The translations under genes and the position numbers were made by a program. A DNA stretch of 64,000 nt, from contig LSRY02000053.1 of assembly GCA_001643675.2 (NCBI GenBank), positions 248,001-312,000 of the forward strand. Direction: 5' to 3'. Every line of letters starts with the position of its first letter. The stretch's first letter is position 1. This document shows, in pieces, positions 37,142 through 50,254 of the stretch. This DNA is from Monocercomonoides exilis PA203. Its lineage: Eukaryota > Protista > Preaxostyla. Below the pieces are notes generated by a model. It had not been told where the DNA came from. It ran no database searches and was given only the letters and a program-made list of their open reading frames with translations.

Positions 37142-37690
37142 CTCTCTCTCTCTCTCTTTTCTCTCTCTCTTTTTTTTTCTTTTTCTCTCTTTCTTTTTTT
37201 TCTATCTCTTTCTTTCTTTTCTTTTTTCTCTTTCTTCCTTTTTTTTCTCTCTTTTTTCCATTTTTTACTCTTTCTCTTTCTCTCCTTCTCTCCTTCTCTC
37301 CTTCTCTCTCTCTCTCTCTTTTTCTTTCTTTCTTTCTTTCTTTCTCTCTCTTTCTTTTTATCTCTCTTTCTTTTTCTTTCTATCTCTTTCTTTCTCTTCT
37401 TTCTTTCTCTTCTTTCTTTCTCTTCTTTCTTTCTCTTTCTTTCTTTTTTCTTTTTCTTTTTATTTTTTTATATTTTTGTCTTTCTTTTTATCTCTCTTTC
37501 TTTTTCTTTCTATCTCTTTCTTTCTCTTCTTTCTTTCTCTTCTTTCTTTCTCTTTCTTTCTTTTTTCTTTTTTTTTTTATTTTTTTATATTTTTGTCTTT
37601 CTTTTTTTTCTATTTCTTTCTTTCTTATTTAATTTTTTTCAATTATTCTTTTTCTTATTAATTTCAATATTTCTAATTTCTTTCTTTCTT
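36405..37690. repeat. About 1.3-kb CT-rich polypyrimidine low-complexity tract with internal duplications
   Basis: Almost purine-free on the + strand; blocks such as CTATCTCTTTCTTTCTCTTCTTTCTTTCTCT recur. Confidence 0.9.
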
Positions 37691-38927
37691 TTTTTGTATT
37701 ATTTATCAGTTGGTATTATATCTTGTTTTTATGTATTTCATAATTCAACATATGAAATACTTTGTTTTTTTTTTAATTACTGTTAAAATAATTTGTTCAT
37801 AATCTCGAATTCTGTGCATCTTTTTAGCAAAAAGATTTTCTGTATCTTTCATAAATAAGCAATTTTGCTGTTTCTGATGATAGAATAGGTTTTTCTGTAT
37901 CATCTTTTTTTTGCCTTTTTTGAATCCACTTTGATTCGATCTAAACAGTTGTGAAAAAAGTTTTCTGGTTTTTGTTTCAAACAATGTTTTCTTTTTAAAT
38001 TCAAATCTATCTATTGGATGTTGTACATTTCATCTTTTTTTCCCACTAATGTTTTCATTTTATTCTCTTTTGTGAAATGAAACTATTTCGACATATGACG
38101 ATGAATGTTGAAAATAATTCTTTGCTTTCTGTTGTTTGTTTCACATTGATAATAATGAAGAAAAAACAAAAAAACTTTAATTGAAAGAAATGCCTGGGGT
38201 TCTGGTTTTTTTTTATTTGCATCTACTGTTCCCTTTTTGAAAATTGAAAGGAGACACTTGACACCTAAAAAGTATTCAAATGTGAATTGAATATTACAAA
38301 AAAAAAACAAGAACAAAAATGAAAATAAAACGATATATCTATTATTTATTATCCTGCAATCCATTTTTGTCTGAAATTCTCTTTTCGCTTGATTGAAAAC
38401 TTCCTTGTATATCAAAGATTGATATATTCAACTGAAATATGTTCAAAATTGATTTGTGAAACTTAAACAAGAATTGAATGAAAAAATCATAAATACAGCG
38501 AAATATTCGAGTATACAAATAAAAGAAAAAAACACTAAAAGAATTAATGTTTTTGAACTAACCAAAGAAAAATTTCAAATCTGAGAACGTTCATATTCAA
38601 ATAAAAGCCAGTTTTAAAATGAACAACCAAACAAAATTAATTATGGAACTCAAATTTTAGCACATATTCGTTAAATTATTTGAAAATCCATTTATTTCAG
38701 TCAATAAAATAAGGCAAACGATAATAGTATTTTATTCTCCAAATTGACGAATATCTATTATGGGAATTGATCATTCGTCGTAAAAAATTATGATATCAAA
38801 AAAAATCACCCATTTATTTTATTCAAATATCATTCTTAAAAGGATACCTCTTAGACATGACAAAAGAAAATTGAAATAATGATAAAATGACTGACAAGAT
38901 ATTTCTGATTTGTCAAAAATGTTTATA

Positions 38928-39303
38928 CAGATATCGCATAAAATACAGGACATCGCACAAAATTCCGGACAAGATCGATATCTCAATAACAGCAAGAAGA
39001 AAAATTCTGACAATTTTCCTCAAAATATATCTCATCAATTCAAACTCATTTGAAAAACAAGACTTCACTTCAGCTTAATTTGTGCTCAGAAAAAATTTAT
39101 ATCGAAATCTCGGAGAAATAGAATTTCAAGTTTCTCCGAAACATAAAAAATAATTTTCTCTGATTTCGAATGAGGCGATTTCAAAAGTCTTGAATGACAT
39201 GTGAGTTTGTATTGATAAGATATATTTTGAGGATAATTGTCAGAATTTTTCTTCTTGCGGTTATTGAGATATCGATCTTGTCCGGTATTTTGTGCGATAT
39301 CTG
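38928..39303. mobile_element. 376-bp near-palindromic MITE, Tc1/mariner-type ends (TA|CAG...CTG|TA)
   Basis: About 80-bp inverted arms (ATCGCACAAAATTCCGGACAAGATCGATATCTCAATAAC.. versus ..GTTATTGAGATATCGATCTTGTCCGGTATTTTGTGCGATATCTG); TA at 38926-27 and 39304-05. Confidence 0.85.
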
Positions 39304-39348
39304 TAATAATCGATTTCACAATTCTTAATTTCAAAAAATTATTTATTT

Positions 39349-39616
39349 GGGGGAAAATATGGACTTTTAAGCTTTTTATGCGCACTGATAGAAAAAATTG
39401 TTTCACTTAAAACATTTTCAAACTTTATCAGATTTCAAAATAGATTAGATTTTCATTGCTGTAAACAAATATCATTGATATTATAACATAATGTTTTGTG
39501 ACATCACATGTGTTTCAAATAATAAACCGATTTTTTTTAAATTTTTTGATCACAAAAAGTTCATCGAAAATTCATAATTTTTCAATGAAAATGCCTGAAG
39601 AAAAATATTTTTCCCC
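39349..39616. mobile_element. About 268-bp MITE, copy 2, with ATTT target duplication
   Basis: Ends are GGGGGAAAATAT and ATATTTTTCCCC; ATTT at 39345-48 and 39617-20; homologous to 21623-21888. Confidence 0.8.
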
Positions 39617-40238
39617 ATTTAAAGATCGATATACAACAATTCTTTTCCAAAGCTCTATTTAAAGTTTTTTGATGTATTCTCTATCATTTGAATTATTTTG
39701 TTTCATTTTTTATTTATTAATTGAAAAAAAATTTTTGTCTTTGTGACAGACAAATGTTTTTTTAGTTGTCATGTCACAGAGGAATAATGAAAACTATGCA
39801 TTTATTAATGAACACCAAAAGTGAATATTTTTTTTGAAAAAATACCTAAAAATGAGATTTATAAAAAAAAAATTGTTTTGATAATGAAAAAATTGTCCTG
39901 TCGGTCACCTGTGTCAGGAACTGACAAAATTTACCGCTTGTCGCACAGGTCTTAAATAAACGAAAAAAAATTCCAAGTATTTACGCATACGCCGTTATGA
40001 AAAAAACGTTTTCACAGTTTCTTAATTTTTTTCGCACAACAATTATCTTTCGTTTAAATAAACAATTTCTCATGAAACCAAAAACTGCAAAAGAAGATAT
40101 AAATTTATATATGTACATGTTCACATATTTCTTTATTAAATTTCTGATTCAATGAAATTTTTTTATCAACAAAAAATTTTCACAATTCACTGAACCGAAT
40201 CAAATATTATATTTAGTTCGATCTTGAATAAAGTGAGA

Positions 40239-42806
40239 ATGATTTCGATTGTGGCAATCAGTATTGTGTTGCAATTTTGTGAAGCATCATTGCCTATTTA
40301 TGAGAGTAAAGTTGTACAAACATCATACGGATTTACTGGCTCATTCAAACGAACTTCTGGCAATGGACCTTTTCCACCTGATTCCTCATTCATTTCTTTT
40401 GACATATATTGTCAAACTAAAGATCGCATTCACATACGTTTTTATGATCCTTCAAAAAAATATATGGAGATTACAAATGTATTGCAGATTTCAGAAGTTA
40501 CAAAAGCTGCTTCTCAAACAAATTATGTATTTGAATTTCCGGATAATGGAGGTATAATTATCAAGCGAAAAGATTCAGGAGATGTTATTTTTGATACTCA
40601 TACGCAACGTTTTGAGCACCCGCTTATGTTCGAACAAGAGTATATTTCTTTAACAACAACTACAGGAAGAAATCCAGTCATATATGGATTGGGAAGTAGA
40701 AGAAGCAGATATGCCCTGAAATATCCATTTAACTATACAATACACAACCAAGATAGAGGAACACCTCCAGATGACCAAAATCTTTATGGATCTCATCCAT
40801 TTCATGTTGAAGTTCGTCCAAACGGAAAAGCTCACGGAATTTTCTTCTTCAACAGTGCACCAATGCAAATTGAATTGCAAAATGGTTGGATGACATATCG
40901 GGCAATGGCAGGCGAAATGCTAGATTTTTACATTTTTTTGGGTCCGACCCAAAAAGATGTGATTAAGCAATACACAGACGTTATTGGAAAACCAGCACTT
41001 GTCCCTCAATGGGCAACCGGATTTCATCAGTGTGCTTGGGGCTATAAATCAATTGCTGATGCACGAAATGTTGTGGAAAATTACGAAAAATATAACTTAC
41101 CATTGGATGTTATGTGGGCGGATATTGATTACATGGATGAAAAGAAGCTTTTTACAACAGATCCTGTTAATTTCCCCAAAACTCAGTTTGCTCAATTTAT
41201 TTCTGAAATAAAAGAAAAGAAAGGGATTCGATATGTTGCGATTGTAGATCCCGGAGTTAAAGTTGAGTCAGGATACGAACCTTATGAAAGCCTGGCCTCA
41301 TCTGGTTACTATTTGAGAAACAGAACAGCTCAGCCTTACATTGGCGAAGTGTGGCCGGGGCGGACGATCTTCCCAGACTTCTTTTCAACGGGCGGTGGGA
41401 GCTGGTGGGCAAGCCGCATCACAAAGTTTGTGAAGGATCTGCATTTGGATGGGATCTGGAACGACATGAATGAGATTGCCAACTTCTGCGATGGCGAATG
41501 TGATGGAGACAGCGGAAAGACTAAATATGCATGGACGCCCAGAGAATTGGACCAGCACGGTGTACAGCCTGACGCTGTCACTGCTGCAGGGCCGTACTAT
41601 CTGACACACTCGCTGTATGCGCACATGGAGAACATCCACACAATCAAAGGACTGAAAGCTGTCAACAGCAACACACGTCCGTTTGTTTTGACCAGGGCGA
41701 GCTTTGCCGGCAGCGGGAAGAACAACTTTTTGTGGCTTGGGGACAACGATGCGAAGTGGGAGGATCTGAGAGACTCGATCAGCGGAATTCTGTCGTCGGG
41801 CTTGTTTGGCATGCCGTTCACTGGCTGCGATGTGGGCGGGTTCAACGGAGACACCAACGCCGAGCTTCTGACCCGCTGGACGGCGACTGGAGCGTTTCTG
41901 TACCCGTTCTTCAGAGACCACCGCTCTGAAAATACCATTTCGCAGGAGATGTACGCGTTTGGCGAGCCGTACACGTCATACAACCGCAGGTTCCTTCAAG
42001 AAAGGCAGAAGATCCAGAGCTATTTCTATACACTGATGCTTCAGTCGCATGACGAAGGAGTTCCAATCATTCGCTCGCTTTCAATGGAATTCCCAGGAGA
42101 CTCGAATTGCCTGAAAATTGACAGCCAGGCGATGCTGGGCAGTGCTCTTCTAGTCTCTCCGGTGCTTGAGCCAGGCGCAAAGAAAGCCACAGGCTGCTAC
42201 TTCCCGAAGGCGAGGTGGTATGATTACTGGACAGGGGCTGAAGACAAGCGCGTTGAGGTGAGTGCAGAGGAGGAGAACTCGAATGAAAGCAGTGAGTTTA
42301 GAGAGCTGAACGGTGTTGGAGTGGATCTGCCAGCAGATCTGGACACGATTCCAGTTCATATTCGGGGCGGGGCGATATTCACGAAGCAGAACCACGTGGC
42401 GCAGCGGCTGATGAAGATGAAGGACACGCCATTCACAGTGGTGGCAGCGCTGGACTACGACGACTGTGCCTTTGGATATCTCTCTGTGGACGACGGCGAG
42501 CGAGTGGATGCGAACGGGAACTGCAAGAAGTCCACACTGAGGTTTCAAGTGTCGCGGAGAGGGGACGGCAGGAAAGGAGGGCGGCTGTCTGTGACAGTGG
42601 CGGAAGTTGGGTTCAACTCGGTGCACGAGCTGGAGGAGATCAGGATTCTGGGTGTGGCAGAGGAGCCGAGCAAGATCCATTTCAGCGACCAAAGAGCAGC
42701 TGGGTTTGAGTATGATAGGGAGAAGAAGATACTGATTGTGAGGAAAGCGAGAGGGGGAGACCCACGTGAGTGGATGCTGCTGAAGGAGTTTGAATTACTG
42801 TGGTAA
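40239..42806 (+). CDS. Glycoside hydrolase family 31 alpha-glucosidase (secreted/lysosomal type)
   Basis: Signal peptide, then NLYGSHPF, GFHQC.WGY, DIDYMD, catalytic nucleophile motif DGIWNDMNE, acid/base motif WLGDN, GCDVGGF, YPFFRDH and IPVHIRGG. Confidence 0.95.
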   Translation: MISIVAISIVLQFCEASLPIYESKVVQTSYGFTGSFKRTSGNGPFPPDSSFISFDIYCQTKDRIHIRFYDPSKKYMEITNVLQISEVTKAASQTNYVFEFPDNGGIIIKRKDSGDVIFDTHTQRFEHPLMFEQEYISLTTTTGRNPVIYGLGSRRSRYALKYPFNYTIHNQDRGTPPDDQNLYGSHPFHVEVRPNGKAHGIFFFNSAPMQIELQNGWMTYRAMAGEMLDFYIFLGPTQKDVIKQYTDVIGKPALVPQWATGFHQCAWGYKSIADARNVVENYEKYNLPLDVMWADIDYMDEKKLFTTDPVNFPKTQFAQFISEIKEKKGIRYVAIVDPGVKVESGYEPYESLASSGYYLRNRTAQPYIGEVWPGRTIFPDFFSTGGGSWWASRITKFVKDLHLDGIWNDMNEIANFCDGECDGDSGKTKYAWTPRELDQHGVQPDAVTAAGPYYLTHSLYAHMENIHTIKGLKAVNSNTRPFVLTRASFAGSGKNNFLWLGDNDAKWEDLRDSISGILSSGLFGMPFTGCDVGGFNGDTNAELLTRWTATGAFLYPFFRDHRSENTISQEMYAFGEPYTSYNRRFLQERQKIQSYFYTLMLQSHDEGVPIIRSLSMEFPGDSNCLKIDSQAMLGSALLVSPVLEPGAKKATGCYFPKARWYDYWTGAEDKRVEVSAEEENSNESSEFRELNGVGVDLPADLDTIPVHIRGGAIFTKQNHVAQRLMKMKDTPFTVVAALDYDDCAFGYLSVDDGERVDANGNCKKSTLRFQVSRRGDGRKGGRLSVTVAEVGFNSVHELEEIRILGVAEEPSKIHFSDQRAAGFEYDREKKILIVRKARGGDPREWMLLKEFELLW

Positions 42807-44002
42807 GAAGAAGAAGAAGAAGAAGACTGCCTGAAGTATCTTATCTGTGAGAAGAATTTTTTTTTCTTATTTTAATCAAAAGTGAATGTATTGATGTGTT
42901 ATTTGAGTGATCAATGCAATTATTTTGATAATTGTAAAAGAGAAGTTTAAATATCTTTGTTCATAATTTATATAATGATAAGCTGATATTTAAGTATTTT
43001 TTTATTTATCCAGCTTAATTTTCTTTCTTTTTTTTTTTAAAAAAATTTTACAATTTTTTCTATTTTTTTAGAAAATTTTACTCAGAAATTTGAGAGAAAT
43101 TTAATAATCTCCTTTTGAATGCAAAAAATTTATATTTAAACCAAAAGCGATACCTAAAAAAGAAGTACGAGAAAGATGGGATGTATTATCTCCAAGTTGA
43201 ATGGTTTGACTTTAAAAGAAGGTGCTTCTTTTGCTCTGTATTTCTGAACAAGCAGAAGCAATTGTTATCCAAATTTTTAATGCAAAAAAAAGAGAAATAA
43301 GTTTTTCTTTCTTTCTAGCTTTCTTTTAAGCCAACACCATTTATTGCTAAAGCAAACAAATGAAAGATTTGTTAACATATAATGTTTTAGTTCAATGAAA
43401 TACATATTTTCTTCTTAAAAAAAAAATAAAAAACGAGAAAGGATAACCGCCGAAAGGGGAAAATGAATGGAGAAAAGCAAAAAAGAAGTGAAGCCTTCAT
43501 AAAATCTCAAATCAAAGTAGTCATTTTCATTAAAAATAGGGTTATGGTGACGGAATGCTTGCCTTTCAAAGGCAAAGACTTTACGAAGGCAATGACATGA
43601 AGAAATTTTTATAAGCTTTTATTAAAAAAAAAAAACAAAATGAAAAATGAAAAAAAATAGAGTTTATTAATTTTCCTCTTCAGCGAAGCAATTTTCAGAA
43701 TCTCACACACATTATCGTCTCAATTTATAAAACCTCTTTTCGATAATCCATTGTTCCCTTCTTCTTCTTATTCAACTTTTTCTTCTTTCGAAAGTCGAAA
43801 CACTTCTTTTTCCATATCTTTCTAAGACTCTTTAAATACATTCTCTTCCATCTCCTCAATAACACCAAAAAAAAAATTAATCACTTTTTTCATTCATTCA
43901 TTCCATCCTTCCTTCTCTTTTCTTTCCTTTACATTCATCCATTCACTCCTCTCCTCTTCTCTCCTCTCTTTCCCTCTTCTCTCCTCTTCTTTTTCACCTC
44001 AT

Positions 44003-47000
44003 CTAAAACGGATTGATCCTCTTCCCCGTGCTGAGCGGCGAGAACGGATTCACCTGCGCCCACATCAGCGCCTCTCCCAGCGACAAAAACGACGCACCAT
44101 CTTCCAGTGCAAACGGCGGGCCATTAATTGGCTGCTTTGTAAAGTGCGAAATCACTGGCGCATTCACTGCCCCGCCAGAGGGGATGCAAGAGCCCAAGGG
44201 AACTGAGCAGTTCTTGGTGTCGATGCCTGGGTGTGGGTACTCACTCACATGCTCCAGAATAAGCTGGGCTTGTGTTCTGATGGGGGTGATGCTTTCCTGT
44301 GCGAGCTTTTGGCCAGCTTCAAGTGGAATGGAAGAAGAAGAAGAAGAAGATGCATCTCCTGACAATGGTGCGAGTGTGGGAACTGTTCCTTCCTTTGCAT
44401 CGACAATGTGCAGCAGCTGCTCCTTCGCCTTGGAGGAAGCCGTGACGAGCGTGAATATCGCTGCCTGCAGCCTTCGGAAGTCCCTCGGGATGGTAAATTC
44501 GACGCTGTGCCTCTGTATGAATGTCGACGTGTAGTTGAACAGATGCGCAATCACAGGCGTCAGCGCCCGCCAGCTCGCCACAACACAGCCGAGATACGAA
44601 GCATACGACAGCAGCTCGTTCCTGAGCTCCGGCGCCACAGACGACACGTCCGCACAGCTCGCCCAGAACACAACTGATGACAAGAACGTGGGCTCCCATT
44701 CAGCTTCTGCTGTCTCTGAGCGAAGGATTCCCAATGCAATCTGCACAGCCAGCGAGTGCTGCTGCCCCAGCACCGCAGCTGCCAGCGGAGCAATCTGCGC
44801 CCCAAGCTCCTTCGTCAGCCGCTGGAGCGCCATCGAGTTGGATGTGGTGTATGTCGCCAGCGGTGTTGCTTTCGAGTTCTCGGCAAACGGAGCAGCTGGC
44901 CCTGCTGTGACACACGAGGCATAGTCTGCGATAGTGCGGAGTCCAGCGCGCTTGTAGAACTCGTTCGCCTGCTCAGCGCTGTGGCTGGCGGCAAAGCGCG
45001 CACACAGCCCCATCTTCTGCTCTGCCGAGCACGACGACGACACCCGCTGCAGCAGAATCGCTAGCGCATCGTCCCAAAAGCCCAGCCGCTCGCACCGCAT
45101 CGCCAGCATCACGTGTGTGTGTTCAGCATACGGCACTTTCATCAGCATCGCCACGGTCGACGCCAGCTCTGATTCTCCTGCTTTCTCCAGGCACCGCACC
45201 GCTTTGTCTGCCCTGTTAGTGGCGAGGAAGCAGCAGGCAGCTAAGATCGGCTGACCAGACTCGACATAGCGTTTCCCCAGCTGCCCTGCTGCATCGCTGG
45301 TTGTGGTTGTGGTGAGATTGAGAATGGAGGAGACGGATGATGTCATTGAGGAGGAAGAAGAAGAGATTGAAGAAGCAGAAGCTGAAAGAGAAGAGGCAGA
45401 AGAGCGAAGGCTGTTAGACATATTGCCACTTCCATTTCCATTGCCATTGCCATCCACAGGCACCAATGCAAACTTACCTGCTCCTCCTTCTCCTCCTTCT
45501 CCCCCTTCTGCACCCTCATGCTGCGTGGACGGCCCCAAGCACGGCTCCAGCGGCAGGATGATCGCGTTCTTCTTCTCTGCTGCAGACACAATGAGAGCTG
45601 AATCCCCCTCCACATTGAGATTCGAATAGCTCTTTGCCAAGCAGATGGCCTCTGGAAACTGCATGCGCTCAGTGCACAGTGTGATTGCGCTGTCCACATC
45701 GCCTGTCGCCACCAGCAGCGGCAGGGCCTCGTCTTCCTCTCCTTTTCCCCTCGCCTCGTCTGCCGCCCTCTTCGCCAGCGACTGCCAAAACGTAACAGAC
45801 ACTGCAGGCGCAATGGCAAGTGCTTTGCTCCACTCGCCCATTTTGACGAGGGATTCGCAGTATTCCTTCAGATTGCCTGAGACAAGATGGCACAAAGCAG
45901 AACGGCGTGTGCGCTCAGCTGCGGAGAGGCGGTCGTGGGACTCGATGATGGGGAGAGGGAGGGTTGGGGCTGATGAATCAGAGGAAGAGGAAGAAGAGGG
46001 TGTGGGAGAAGGAGAAGAGGAAGGAGAAGGAGAAGATGACGATGAGGTGCTGGCACTAGATGCAGAAGCAGAAGACGAAGACGAAGCTGAGGCAGCAGGT
46101 TTTGCGGCCAATCTGCTCCGTCTTGTCTTTGGCAGGGCGAGCTCTTTCGCTTCCTGTTCGAACAGAGCAGGAAGAGTCTTTTCTGTGGTGAGGGAAGGCG
46201 GAAGCAGAGAACGAGTGAGTTGGATGGGCGGTGGCTGAGAAGGAGCAGAAGAAGAAGAGGAGGAGGAGGAAGAAGAAGATATAGACAAAGAAGAAGAAGA
46301 CGAAGAATGCAGATTTCTCGCAGCGATGTTCTCCGCGATGCACTGGCGGATGAGATCGAACATTTGCACTGTGCCAGTCGGAGGGAAAAAGTATTCACTG
46401 ACCACTTTGAAGTACAAGGCCGTCATCGGCTTGAGCGGCTTTAGGCGCTGCATCAGCATCACAGGCAGGCGCCCGTACAGGCGCAGTGGGGAAAGGATCT
46501 CAGGAGTCGGGCCAGAGAGAGGGCAAGAGGGAGCGACGGGGGTTGGGGAACCAGAAAGAGGAGGAGCAAGTGATGCTGAAGAAGAAGAGGATGATAAGGA
46601 AGAAGTGGAGGAAGATGAGCCAAGTTTTGCCAGCTGCATTTTGGAGGCAGCAGAGTTCTGAATAAGTTGTGCATTGGCGCTTTCGAGTCCTTCTTCAATG
46701 AGACTCGCAGCAGTCGGCGCGATTGGCGGCTGGATAGATTCCGAAGCAGAAGCACCACTAGAACCAGCACCAGAAGAAGAAGAAGAAGAAGAAGAAGAGG
46801 AAGAACTCATATCACCTTCACTTCCTCCTCCTCCTCCTCCTTGATTTCCTCTCATCGGCCCCAGGACGCTCTCCAAGGGGTGTCCCAGCATGAGCCTTGT
46901 TCTGATTGCCGACGATAGCTCGTCGTGCCAGAAGCGGATGGTGTTGTCACGCGACGTGGAGATGAGAAAGAAAGGTCTGAGCGGATGCACCGCCAGCCCG

Positions 47001-49296
47001 TACACATCGGCGTGGTGGTCGTTCACAGTGCAGAGGCAGCGGGCCGTGCGCACATTCCACACACGGATGGAGGAGTCCCAGCTGCCTGAGAAGAGGATCT
47101 CGGGAAACGTGGGGGACCACGCCAGCGCACGCACTTTTGACGTGTGGCCCTTCAGAACGAGGCATTTTGGCGTGTCTGTAGGAGATTTCATGGAGCCTGC
47201 GTCCCAGATGCGGATAGTCCCGTCGTCTGACCCGCTCGCCAGTAAGCCCGGAACAAGCGGCGACCACGCTACATTGAAGACGCGCTGTGTGTGGCCTTTC
47301 AGATTGAACTGCTGCTTCACCTGGCAAGGAACACCGTTCGAAGAAGAAGAGGCAGACATCACAAACACCCGCACGTGCCCATCAGCACACCCCGTCGCCA
47401 GCGTCATCGGACTGAAAGGCGACCAATCGCACCCGCAGCACGCCTGAGGATGAGATATCTTCGCCACCACCTCCCCCGTCGTCGCCTTCACAATCGCACA
47501 GAACCCGCCATCACTCGTCACAGCGATCGCATTCAGCCTCGAGTCTTTGTTCCACGCTACGCCAAGGGACAGCTTCTTCTCTACAATGCTCTTCCGCCAC
47601 ACGATGCTGTGCTTGTCGCAGTCTAGACACACAATCATCCCCACGCCGCTCGCTGCCACCAGCCGGTTGACCCCCTGCGGAGCCCACGAGACACAATACA
47701 AGGGACCTGCATGTGTTGGCAGGTAGTCTGTGCATTTCTGTGTTTCTGCATTCCACAAGCGAACAGTCGCGTCGAAGGATGCTGTGGCAAAAGTAGATTT
47801 GTCGCCTGGCTTGAAGGCGCAGGCGAAGATGGTGTCGAGGTGGCCCTGGGCTGTCTCAAAAGCAGTCACTTGTTGGTGCAGGTCGAACACACTTGTGGCG
47901 CCGTCGGTGAAGGAGCAGAGGATGCGGGCATCACGCACCATCCCAGCCACATGCGCAGGGGTGGAATACGCTGCTCCGGCAAGTGCTTCGGAGAATGAGG
48001 AAGAAGAAGAAGAAGAAGAAGAAGAGGAAGAGGATAGAGACAAAGAAGAAGTGGAGGAAGAAGAAGTTAGGCTGACGAGAGAAGAAGAGGATGAGAGCTG
48101 AGGTGCAGAGGGAAACGTTGCCTGGTCAGAACCGCCGCTGCGGTCGATGTAGTCGGCAAAGAACAAGATTGACTGAAATCCTGTCTGGTGCAGCTGGATG
48201 GACTTGATGGGCGTGCGCTGCGAGACGTTCCACAGCTTCAGGATTCCGCTCTTCTCAGCCGCTGTCACAAACCCCCCGGGTTCCCAAGGGATCCAGCTGA
48301 TGGCGGCGATTCCGCTGGACTCTCGCTCAAACAGGTTGATTTCATGCTCGCCGCTGTCTGCAGTGTCGAATAGTGCTAACTGCCCGGAATACTCCAGAAC
48401 GAGAAGGAAGTTGGTGGAAAGCGGATCCCTATTTTATTAAAAAATAGTTGGAAAGAAAGAAGGAAGGAAGGAAGGAAGGAGAGAATGAAGGATTCACCAT
48501 TTCGAAGCGAAAAGAAGCAAATTAAATAAAGAAACAACAAAAGAAAATGATTTTTTCTTCAAGATTTGATGAAAATTTAAAACAAAATTCTTAACCATTT
48601 CATATCACGGATTCCAGATTTTTCAGAATCTTTTTTGGAAAAAGAGATAGTCTTTGTTTTTGGATCATCTTCATCCATCTTTATTACGATATCTCCATTT
48701 TCTAATGCTAAAGCCATGCAAAATGGAAGCTGGTTGTTTACTCTAAATAAATCTACTGATTTTGAACCAAGAATAGGCTTCATCTGAACACTTGTTGAAA
48801 GTATAGTCAACAGAGACACTCGATGAGATGAATCTCTCACGTATATTTGATTATTTGTTGTTGACCATTCCATCTGAACAAATGATGTTTCAAGTGTTCG
48901 ACTCAATGTTGGCTTTTGTCTTGAAAGATCCCATATTGCAAATGTTTTATCTCTGTAACTAACTGCAAGATGTGACATATTAAAAGGTGACCTTTAAAAA
49001 ACGAATCAATTTAAAGTTTAGAGCTTTTTAATTCAAAAATACAAGGCGTCAACCATGCAATAGACAAAATAACAGCATCTGGTCCGTTTAATATCTTTTC
49101 AAGTTCGTATGTTTTTGATGAATAAACATAAACGGAAAGGGAGGAACAAAACGCAAATTGCTGAGAACTTGTCCCCATGCAATGACGTACCCACGGACGA
49201 GAACCGGAAGGTATAAGGGCAAATTGCTTCTATAAAAAAAGTAAGTAAATATAGTGATAATTTTTCTTTTTTGGAACAAAATATACACACAATCAT
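44003..49296 (-). CDS. WDR17: WD repeat-containing protein 17 homolog (multi-exon; long 3' exon)
   Basis: Spliced N-terminus MIKQFALIPSGSRPWVRHCMGTSSQQFAFCSSLSVYVY, many GH...WD repeats, KALAIAPAVS..FW, and C-terminus EALMWAQVNPFSPLSTGKRINPF typical of WDR17. Confidence 0.88.
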
Positions 49297-50254
49297 GAAC
49301 TTACACTTCCAAAAATATGATCTGAAAGGCAGTAATTTTTTAATGAGGATTTTAAAAAATAAATAAAGTTTTTTGATTGCAAATGAATTTAGAATAATTG
49401 TTAATTTAGTATGAGCACTTTGTTAATACAGTGGCAAAATGCTTGGACATTACTTGCGATGAGCTGAAATTGTGTTCAAGAAATTATTTAGCAGAGTATT
49501 TGTAAGAAGCTGAACGAATAAATCAGTTTTGTGAAGTATTTGAATCAGTCTTCACAACTTCGAATCCAAAAAAAGTGAAATACAAGATTAATTACCAACT
49601 TATTGTATGAAAAGAATAATTTTATTCATGAATAAGGAGAGTGACTTAATGAGAACAAGAAGTTTTTTGATTAAATAATTTGTTTGATATGTAGCATCCA
49701 CAAACAGAGTCTTTGATTCCATTAGCTAAAATGAATGTCTTTTTATGAATTCAATTTTCAGCACAACATTATTTCTTCTGAAACTGAAAATCAACATTAT
49801 TTAAAAAAAAAAAAATAATCTCATTATTTCGATAAGTTAAACTCCGAGGAATTCAACTATGTTTATCTAAGTTCTGTAAAAATCAATTTGTTTGCATTCA
49901 TTTATGCCCTTTCTTAATGGAAAACAAACTTATTAAACGTTCACTTTTAAAAATGACTATGCAAATTTTAACAATATTCCTAATTGTTCTAGCACATTCA
50001 TGTTCAATTTTATGATCTAGACAAATATTATAAAAAATACATTCGTAGAAAAAGTTAAAAATTGAATTTCTTTTGAATTTTAAAAAAGTTGGAAATAATC
50101 CCATCAAAACTCAAGTGCAGTTCAAAGAAATTAATTTGTGTATTTTTATTTTCATAGCTATGAGAGATAAAAACGTATTTTTCAGACGAAGAAAAACATT
50201 TAAAAAAATGTAATATTATAATATATATAATGGAATATTGATCTTGATAATCAA

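Noticed and set aside
36380-37786. 468-aa F/L/S-rich ORF resembling a membrane protein
   Set aside because: It is stop-free only because the strand is almost purine-free; low-complexity DNA.
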